Source: Ruminococcus albus 7 = DSM 20455
GTDB taxonomy: Bacteria > Bacillota > Clostridia > Oscillospirales > Ruminococcaceae
DNA: 32,000 nt
NCBI RefSeq assembly: GCF_000179635.2
Contig: NC_014833.1
Span: 1,920,001-1,952,000 of the forward strand
Direction of reading: 5' to 3'
Shown: in pieces, positions 25,678-32,000 of the stretch
Position numbering within the stretch: the first letter of the stretch is position 1
How the letters are laid out: each line of letters starts with the position of its first letter
Notes under the pieces: model-generated
What the model saw: only the letters and a program-made list of their open reading frames with translations
Told to the model about the DNA's origin: nothing
Databases searched by the model: none
Program-made: the position numbers and the translations under genes

Positions 25678-26707
25678 TCCATATCACCCCCGATTTAGTT
25701 GTTACAAGAAGTTTATTGATTAATTTGTCGTATTCGTCACTAGTCCCTTTTTTTATCATTTTTTTGTGCATCCTCGCAAATTCAAGTGATAAAATTTTCG
25801 GGTTGAAACTTTCAGACTTTGTAATATATTCAACTTGCCCATTATTTTTTACAATCGTCAATGTCTTAACTTGATCACATTGGCAGAAAAATTTAAGGTC
25901 ATTTGCAGAAAAACCACTTCCTCTTGGGTGATTGTGCAGAATTGTTAAATTTGTTCCATTGAGCAATCCGAATTCAACATCATTGTCACGCCCGAACAAA
26001 GGATTTCCTGCTTCCAAATTATTATTCAAAACCAAAGCTACTTCAAAATTATTATTTTTGTCACGAGCAATCTTAAGCAATTCTTTGTGTTGCCGCTGGA
26101 TTGCTTTGCTTTGTTCTTCCGTATAACCGTAAATGCCAACATACTGAACATTTTGAATTGCACTATTGGTTATTGCAATAATAGGTTTATTACTTTTCTC
26201 GTTTATTATACAACGTTTTTTGTCATAAGTCAACCGTCTTTGAGCCAAAATCTCGGACTCTTTCGCCATCGCCTCAGCCTTCGTCAGCTTCATAGGCTTA
26301 GGCAGACTAGCCGCATACGCTATCCGCTGAGCCTTAGCCTGTTCATTAGCCCACCGCTTACTGTGAACGTTCTGCCGTCCTTTCTCCGAAACGTAGGACA
26401 CATCGCAGGTGCAGTTGTCGTATCTGCGGTAAACGTCCTTCGGGACTTCATCAGGGTAACGATAACGCCCTGCAAGTTTCGAGCACCAGTCACAGCAATT
26501 GTGACCGTCCTTGCGTTCGATGTAGCAGTTAAGCCCTGCCTTGTTCCTGAACTCTGCGTTCTTCTTGATGTAGTCGGTCTGAAAACTGCCTGTGATGTTC
26601 TCGGCGGTTCTGCCTAACACCTGTATGGCGTGCTCTGCCGTTTCCTTGACAGCCGCACCACCAATCGCCGCCCTGATACGCTCGGCAGGGAAGTCAGCTT
26701 TCTGCGG
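25670..26707 (-). pseudogene. 5'-truncated phage MuF/SPP1-gp7-type gene fused to a RadC-like JAB/MPN-like C-terminal module
   Basis: The frame is open from 26707, with no credible start (the GTG at 26620 has no RBS). The MuF-type Cys motif is HNCCDWCSKLAG...YDNCTCD (26405-26497). The C-terminal NFEVALVLNNN...LTILHNHPRGSGFSANDL (motif at 25898-25936) resembles RadC EEF.VL.LD...ILAHNHPSG..(P)S..D. Confidence 0.5.
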
Positions 26708-26771
26708 TTAGGATGAATATGGGTTTCATTTTAGTGTGTTGAAAACTCTCGGATAATTTTGTAAGCAATAT

Positions 26772-26809
26772 AAAAGCTGCGTAAGAGTTCATTGAGTTAC
26801 GCAGCTTTT
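26772..26809 (-). terminator. Rho-independent terminator of the ung-containing operon
   Basis: AAAAGCTGCGTAA / 12-nt loop / TTACGCAGCTTTT is a 13-bp perfect stem, 22 nt past the ung stop. Confidence 0.8.
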
Positions 26810-26830
26810 AATTATGATTTTGTTATATGG

Positions 26831-27511
26831 TCAGTTGGATTTATCTGAAATACTCCAGTCAATTGGCTCCTGACCAGTTTGTGTAAGAAATTCATTTGCA
26901 CGTGAAAAATGTCTGCAACCGAAAAATCCATTGTAAGCCGAAAGGGGAGAAGGGTGAGCAGCAGTAAGAACAAGATGATTCTTGTTTGTGATCAGCTTCT
27001 GCTTTTCTTTTGCGTTCCTGCCCCATAGCATGAATACTATCGGTTTTTCACGTTCGTTCAGTTTGCTGATAACAGCATCAGTAAGCTTTTCCCAGCCCAT
27101 ACCGCGGTGAGAATTTGCTTGCCCTGCACGAACTGTCAGCACAGCATTCAGCAGCAGTACACCCTGCTTTGTCCAATCTGTCAGTTCACCGTTGTCGGGC
27201 ATTCTGAAACCGACATCGTTCTGTAATTCTTTGAATATGTTTTGCAGCGACGGCGGAGGCATTATACCGCGTTTTACTGAAAAACAAAGTCCGTGAGCCT
27301 GTCCCTCTCCGTGATAAGGATCCTGCCCAATAATAACTACTTTGACATCCTCATAGGCTGTATATTTCAGTGCATTGAATATGTCATACATATTCGGGTA
27401 TATTGTCTGCTGAGCATATTCTCGTTTAAGAAATTCCCGCAGCTGCAGATAGTAATCACTTTTGAATTCCTCTGCCAGTATATTATCCCAGCTGTTACCG
27501 ATATTTACCAT
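26831..27511 (-). CDS. ung: Uracil-DNA glycosylase (family 1)
   Basis: 226 aa. Motifs present: VVIIGQDPYHG, GVLLLNAVLTV, AAHPSPLSA. Confidence 0.92.
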   Translation of the reverse strand: MVNIGNSWDNILAEEFKSDYYLQLREFLKREYAQQTIYPNMYDIFNALKYTAYEDVKVVIIGQDPYHGEGQAHGLCFSVKRGIMPPPSLQNIFKELQNDVGFRMPDNGELTDWTKQGVLLLNAVLTVRAGQANSHRGMGWEKLTDAVISKLNEREKPIVFMLWGRNAKEKQKLITNKNHLVLTAAHPSPLSAYNGFFGCRHFSRANEFLTQTGQEPIDWSISDKSN

Positions 27512-27759
27512 CAGAATATGCCACCGGCAACAGCGCCTATAACTATACCAAGTACCATCACAGCAACTATTGCAAGTACTATGATCCTCATTATCATGGG
27601 CTTTTTATCTGTCTGAACAGTATTACGTACTATCTGTCTGTCCACCTCTTTAGCAAGTTTGGCGGACTCTGCTGTCTTAAAAGCATCTATGTTTTTTTGT
27701 GGATTTCCGTACTTGTTTTTCATCTTATTTGCCATTTGAATCATATCCTTTCGTATCAA
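27511..27759 (-). CDS. Small tail-anchored membrane protein, function unknown
   Basis: 82 aa with a basic N-terminal half and a C-terminal TM (IIVLAIVAVMVLGIVIGAVAGGIF). Its start overlaps the upstream stop (ATGA) and its stop overlaps the ung start (TGATG). Confidence 0.6.
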   Translation of the reverse strand: MIRKDMIQMANKMKNKYGNPQKNIDAFKTAESAKLAKEVDRQIVRNTVQTDKKPMIMRIIVLAIVAVMVLGIVIGAVAGGIF

Positions 27760-30473
27760 TACAGACAGTAAATATACTTTGCTGAAATCTTTGAAATGAT
27801 ATCGAGCTTAGATGCAACTATATCGTCTGATATAAGCTTCAATATTTTCTCAGCAGATTCTGCTTCTTCCTCGGTGATACTATCAGCACTCATATTAGCT
27901 TTAACTGCCATGACAGTCAGCTCTGTTAGTTTGTCATCAAGCTGATGTATCCTGTGCTCGTGGCACTTGTTTATCAGTTCATTGCATAACTGCATATCAG
28001 AGAGGTTTTTCTTTTCTTCAATGTGGAGCACAGACAGATATTTCAGTGAATATGTATATATCGCAGTGATCCTTTTCGCAAGATCTTTCTGTGTGCAGCT
28101 ATCATGCATTTTGTCAAGACTTCTCTTTCGGTTGATTATTATAGCCGCAATACCCGCAGCGATTGCTATCAGTGTCATCGCTACAGTTTTTGCTATCGGT
28201 GAACTTGTAGTTCCACTGCCCTCAGCTTTGCTGCTTGAGTTCTTGTCCTTTGCAGAGTTATCATTGTTATTGCTGCTTGATTTCTTCCCGACAGTACCGC
28301 CGCCCGAAGGCTTGCTGTTTGAATTATTGCTGTCAGTTTTCGGCTTGACCTTACTGTTTGCGGAAGCCTTGCTGTTATTTGAAGGCTTTTTAGAACTGTT
28401 ATCAGCCTTGCTGCTCTCTGATAAAGATGAGCTGTTCATAGAACTGCTGTCCTTTTTGATCTTACCTTTTTCTTCATCGGTAAGGTTCGGATTATCACCG
28501 TCATATCCGGGAGTGAATTCTGCAGGCAGCCATCCTGCGCCTTCTATAAATACTTCTGACCATGCATGAGCACATTTATCCCTTACAACGACTTCGTACC
28601 TGTCACCCATCTGCTCAGCGTTGCTGAGCTGTGACGGCAGTATCATATATCCTTCGATATATCTAGCAGGATATCCGAATTTTCTGAGTAGCTGAGTACC
28701 TGCTGTTGCGAAGTACGTGCAATAGCCTTTTTTTTGCTTGGTCAGGAAGTAATCAAGAAAATCTTCACCCTTAGGGGTCTTTCCGGGACTTGTGTTGTAG
28801 GTGAACTTGTTATCACTGAAATAACTCTTTATAGCAGAATAGATCTCGTTGTATGAGCAGTATTCAGGATCGTTCATAAGATAGTTATCACATATCGTTT
28901 TGTATACCGCATCAAGTGAATCAAGATCCGCAGCTTTGGTATAGTTAAGTTCAACATACTCCTTGTAAAGATCAGTATACGTCCTGAACCTGGGAGAGAA
29001 TTCTTCCAGACCTGCCTGACGGAGCTGATCGCACCTCATCTGCCAGTTAGGTGTATCAAAGTTTTTGTAATATACCTTGTATTTTTTCTGTGACTGGCTT
29101 ATGCGCACATAGGAATCATTATATGGCGTCATACCGCTGTCGTCACCAAGTATAGCGTACGAATAGCTGTAATCTGTAGCGTATGGTGCATAAATGAATT
29201 TTGAGCAGGCGCCTTTGACGTTGATATCCATTTCGGCATCATAAGAACCTGTATAATCATCGGAATCACTCAGCAAAAGGTTGTCATAATCCTGTATCCA
29301 TCTGCCGTTATCCTCTACTCCTTCCGTGATCTTTTTAATAACGGAATCTGTCTCCAGCGGCTGCCATTGATTATCGGTGTATTCTCCAGCAACATAGCCG
29401 CGCAGATACATTGTGTAGTTGAATCGTTCGGTATTGATGATAAGGGCTTTTGAATTATTGAAGCTTATACTGTTAGTGGTACCGAGTATACCTCCGTTTG
29501 TACCGCCGACAGTTGTAACACCGAAAAGATTTGACCCGCCGTTAATGTCTATAAGAAAATCATCAGCGTGTGTGATATCGAATTTTTCTGCCGCATGATG
29601 AATATTATATCTCAGATCCTTGAATGAATCGGGTCTGTAAAAACCGCTTAGTTTTGAGAAAAGTACAATAGAAAGAAATATTGATGCAGTTACAAGCGAT
29701 ACAAATTTAATATATAAAGTATAGAATCCAGCTTTGTTTTCAGATGATGTAAAAAAGAATGTCTTCGATTTTTCATGCACCGCGAAAGTATTGTTTCTTC
29801 CGGCTTTGTTGGTCGTATGATTTATAATGTTCATCGCAAGCACTGTTATCCAGGCTACTAGCATCATCAGTGCTGCATAAGTAGGTACATCAAAGCCAAG
29901 ATATAATCCGATCTCAGCTATTGGGAACGTAAAGATAAACAACATAGGGAAATCTATCCTTACTACGCAGGCAAGTACTGTACCCGCGGCTATCAGAAAT
30001 ATGACCGCTGAAAAGAAGTAGTACAGTCCCTGATCAACAGCTGCTTGTGTAACAAGAAAATCCTTGAATGCACCTGTAGTCTGGGCAGGCAGATCACCCT
30101 TGGTCAGATATCCGTTTGCAGCTGCTATAGCGCCGTATTTTATGAAATTGATCTTTGTGATCAGCGGGATGATGTACATCGCACAAACTATGCCCGCACA
30201 TATTTTTATTATTTTATGTTTTGAAGCCAGCAGACCAAGTGCAAGTACTGCAACAAAGCTGTCATAAGCAAGCAGCATAGGGCTTATGTCTGCATTTGTA
30301 AAGCTGTTTCCGAGCAGCGCTGCCGACAGAGTCGCCAGAAGCGCGATCGTTATCCTGAATGCAAAATAAAGACCCGATGAATGGAACTGTGTGAATCTCA
30401 GGTCAATATCTCCGTCGATGCAGATACCGCTGTTGCTTGTCAGCCCGGCTTCACGATTTAGTTTATTACTCAT
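27756..30473 (-). CDS. Polytopic membrane protein with a transglutaminase-like Cys-His-Asp core and a DUF4129-like C-terminus
   Basis: 905 aa with about 7 N-terminal TM helices. The TGase core is KKGYCTYFATAGTQLLRKFGYPARYIEGY ... CAHAWSEVFIEGAGWLPAEFTPG. A Ser/Asn/Lys-rich linker, one further TM helix and a helical tail follow. Confidence 0.8.
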   Translation of the reverse strand: MSNKLNREAGLTSNSGICIDGDIDLRFTQFHSSGLYFAFRITIALLATLSAALLGNSFTNADISPMLLAYDSFVAVLALGLLASKHKIIKICAGIVCAMYIIPLITKINFIKYGAIAAANGYLTKGDLPAQTTGAFKDFLVTQAAVDQGLYYFFSAVIFLIAAGTVLACVVRIDFPMLFIFTFPIAEIGLYLGFDVPTYAALMMLVAWITVLAMNIINHTTNKAGRNNTFAVHEKSKTFFFTSSENKAGFYTLYIKFVSLVTASIFLSIVLFSKLSGFYRPDSFKDLRYNIHHAAEKFDITHADDFLIDINGGSNLFGVTTVGGTNGGILGTTNSISFNNSKALIINTERFNYTMYLRGYVAGEYTDNQWQPLETDSVIKKITEGVEDNGRWIQDYDNLLLSDSDDYTGSYDAEMDINVKGACSKFIYAPYATDYSYSYAILGDDSGMTPYNDSYVRISQSQKKYKVYYKNFDTPNWQMRCDQLRQAGLEEFSPRFRTYTDLYKEYVELNYTKAADLDSLDAVYKTICDNYLMNDPEYCSYNEIYSAIKSYFSDNKFTYNTSPGKTPKGEDFLDYFLTKQKKGYCTYFATAGTQLLRKFGYPARYIEGYMILPSQLSNAEQMGDRYEVVVRDKCAHAWSEVFIEGAGWLPAEFTPGYDGDNPNLTDEEKGKIKKDSSSMNSSSLSESSKADNSSKKPSNNSKASANSKVKPKTDSNNSNSKPSGGGTVGKKSSSNNNDNSAKDKNSSSKAEGSGTTSSPIAKTVAMTLIAIAAGIAAIIINRKRSLDKMHDSCTQKDLAKRITAIYTYSLKYLSVLHIEEKKNLSDMQLCNELINKCHEHRIHQLDDKLTELTVMAVKANMSADSITEEEAESAEKILKLISDDIVASKLDIISKISAKYIYCLY

Positions 30474-30529
30474 TCTGTCACCTTTTTAAATAAGAACGTT
30501 ATTTCTCCGCCCTTTTAGTTTCTCCTCTC

Positions 30530-31726
30530 TTACAGACAGAGTTCTCTGATAGAACCCTCCAGCTGTCCCGGATATACAGGTATAAGCTCCGCGAATTCAT
30601 CATAGAATGCAGTCTGTGTATTGCTGTTGTCTGTCATCAGCAGATAAGTGTATTTATAAGCCAGATCCGCATCGCTCATAAGCTCGGTGGCATTAGGACT
30701 ATATCCTGTGGATATGTATATGATATGTCCGCACTTCATGCTTTCAGTGGTGCCGATATAGTCTGTCAGAACGGCATCCTTTGTTTCGTACAGCTTAGCC
30801 TGAAGAAGCATCCCCACCATAATGCTGTGGCTTTCTTCATCATTTATGTTTTGTTCTATTGATCTTTGTCTTTCAGCATCATAGAATACAGCTCTGTGCG
30901 GAACATCGTTTTCCAGCAGATACCTGGATACCGAAGCTGCAGCTTCTACCACTGAATCGAAAACAGCGAGTTCATCTGTCTTGTTGTCTGTTTTGGAAAG
31001 ATCTATCATAAGCACTATGGAGTTTGCGATCGGAAGTGAGTAATCCTTGACCATAGTCTTATCCTGTTTAGCCGAAAGCTTCCAGTGTATGCGGTTTAGC
31101 TTGTCACCTTCGACATAATCTCTTATATCGAATATCTCCGAAGGGTCATCACCTTTCTGCGTCTTTGAGTATTCATCGCTTTCAAGACCCATATCAGCGT
31201 AGTTAGCTATCTCATTTTCAAGCGGTATATAATCCGGCAGTATCGTTATTGTGCAGCATTTGTCTGCAAATTCAGTGGCTTTGCTGCGTACTTTCATCGT
31301 GAAAAGTTTCAGCATATCGGATATCCTGCATCGCTTGATATTGAAATCCACTGTACCGCAGTGGATGCCCGAAACAGAAAGAGTGAGAATCTGTGTTTCA
31401 TGAGGGTAAACCGGAGTGTTTATCTTTACCACATTTTTCTTTCCGTCTATTTTGTTTGTATAATTTATCTCTATAAGCAGATTAGGACATGGAAGCATAG
31501 AATCATTACGTACTTTAAGCTTGATAGGAAGCTTTGCTGTCCTGCTTGCAGATGATTGCCGCTGTAAAAATCCAACCTTTATCTTCTTTGCTGTACATAT
31601 GGTCATTGTAAGCATTACAAACGGGATCACCAGAAAGAACGCAAACAGATAGAAGGAAAATGGGTGTTCATACAGTATATAAAAAAATACCGAAGCTATA
31701 AACAGTACTGTATATAAAAATGGCAT
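30530..31726 (-). CDS. DUF58-family protein (vWA-like; partner of MoxR ATPases)
   Basis: It has two N-terminal TM helices. The block DIRDYVEGDKLNRIHWKLSAKQDKTMVKDY is the DUF58 signature. I prefer the ATG at 31726 (AGGTGA 4 nt upstream) to the GTG at 31765, which overlaps moxR. Confidence 0.78.
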   Translation of the reverse strand: MPFLYTVLFIASVFFYILYEHPFSFYLFAFFLVIPFVMLTMTICTAKKIKVGFLQRQSSASRTAKLPIKLKVRNDSMLPCPNLLIEINYTNKIDGKKNVVKINTPVYPHETQILTLSVSGIHCGTVDFNIKRCRISDMLKLFTMKVRSKATEFADKCCTITILPDYIPLENEIANYADMGLESDEYSKTQKGDDPSEIFDIRDYVEGDKLNRIHWKLSAKQDKTMVKDYSLPIANSIVLMIDLSKTDNKTDELAVFDSVVEAAASVSRYLLENDVPHRAVFYDAERQRSIEQNINDEESHSIMVGMLLQAKLYETKDAVLTDYIGTTESMKCGHIIYISTGYSPNATELMSDADLAYKYTYLLMTDNSNTQTAFYDEFAELIPVYPGQLEGSIRELCL

Positions 31727-31739
31727 GGCATCACCTGCA

Positions 31740-32000
31740 TCATCTTGCGACTCTCGGCACTTCAACAGTACTCAGGATCTCTCTGAGGACTTGCTCGCCG
31801 CTAACGCCGTTAATCTTAGCCTTTGAATTGAATACCACTCTGTGCAGCACTACATCATTGAAAGTATAGGCTACATCATCGGGGATAACATAATCCCTGC
31901 CTTTAAGTAGAGCTGTAGCTTTTGTCATCCTAAGCAGTGCGATAGTTCCTCTGGGAGAAAGACCCAGCTTGATGAACTGATGATTTCTGGTAGCAGCAGC
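31740..32000 (-). CDS. MoxR-like AAA+ ATPase, C-terminal part (the gene continues past the window edge)
   Basis: The frame is open to nt 32000. The sequence ...RGTIALLRMTKATALLKGRDYVIPDDVAYTFNDVVLHRV... is the typical MoxR C-terminal lid region. It is followed by DUF58 and TGase genes, as in Bat-like operons. Confidence 0.75.
   Translation of the reverse strand, partial: AAATRNHQFIKLGLSPRGTIALLRMTKATALLKGRDYVIPDDVAYTFNDVVLHRVVFNSKAKINGVSGEQVLREILSTVEVPRVAR

Larger units (their letters stand above)
25065..26707 (-). mobile_element. Phage-derived DNA fragment (remnant), truncated at both ends
   Basis: It contains a 3'-truncated terminase-large-subunit gene, two mini-ORFs with their own terminators, and a 5'-truncated MuF/SPP1-gp7-type gene. 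The outer parts are visibly GC-richer than the flanking host DNA. There is no integrase and I found no att repeats. Confidence 0.6.

Noticed and set aside
26087-26617. 176-aa + strand ORF
   Set aside because: It is antisense to the MuF-type ORF, which has recognisable motifs. It has no RBS or motifs of its own.
27967-28569. 200-aa + strand ORF
   Set aside because: It is antisense to the low-complexity linker of the transglutaminase-like gene. Its Leu/Phe-rich product is the mirror image of Ser/Asn/Lys codons.
1-32000. Looked for CRISPR arrays, tRNA/rRNA genes, long tandem or dispersed repeats, transposase or integrase genes, and reverse-transcriptase/DGR/retron signatures
   Set aside because: I could recognise none by reading the sequence and ORF set. 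Intergenic regions are short and are explained by promoters and terminators, apart from those listed in the findings. A computational repeat, tRNA and Rfam scan would be needed for certainty.

Overview
This is about 32 kb of chromosome from a low-GC Gram-positive anaerobe. Gene content and operon layout look Clostridia-like, and GC is roughly 40-45% by eye (not computed).

Layout:
- Left third, + strand: a partial unrecognised gene, a VanY-like lipoprotein, an alpha/beta-hydrolase, a P-loop ATPase, then a tightly packed housekeeping operon recJ-relA-MBL hydrolase-hemZ-rlmD.
- Downstream of rlmD: a short accessory patch with a GC-richer leader, an APH-family kinase-like gene, a decayed second copy of a rumA/rlmD 3' end, and a 118-aa orphan.
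- Middle: envelope and secreted proteins (a GH114-like lipoprotein with a coupled small protein, another lipoprotein, a membrane-anchored SH3b/C39-like protein), a triad of small unknown proteins, a YfcE-type phosphoesterase, a sugar-binding-domain/GGDEF diguanylate cyclase with an N-terminal frameshift, and a DUF5662-like protein.
- Right third, all on the - strand: a bioY-bioB-bioD-bioA operon with a clear sigmaA promoter and BirA-type operator, a 1.6-kb doubly truncated phage-derived fragment, and a translationally coupled MoxR/DUF58/transglutaminase/small TM protein/ung operon.

I saw no rRNA, tRNA, CRISPR array, intact transposase or intact integrase.

I cannot point to a complete novel multi-gene system. 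The most unusual loci are:
- the footprint of an insertion at the rlmD 3' end;
- the chimeric MuF-JAB ORF with its overlapping acidic mini-ORF;
- the frameshifted c-di-GMP cyclase.

All family assignments come from motif recognition by eye, not from searches.
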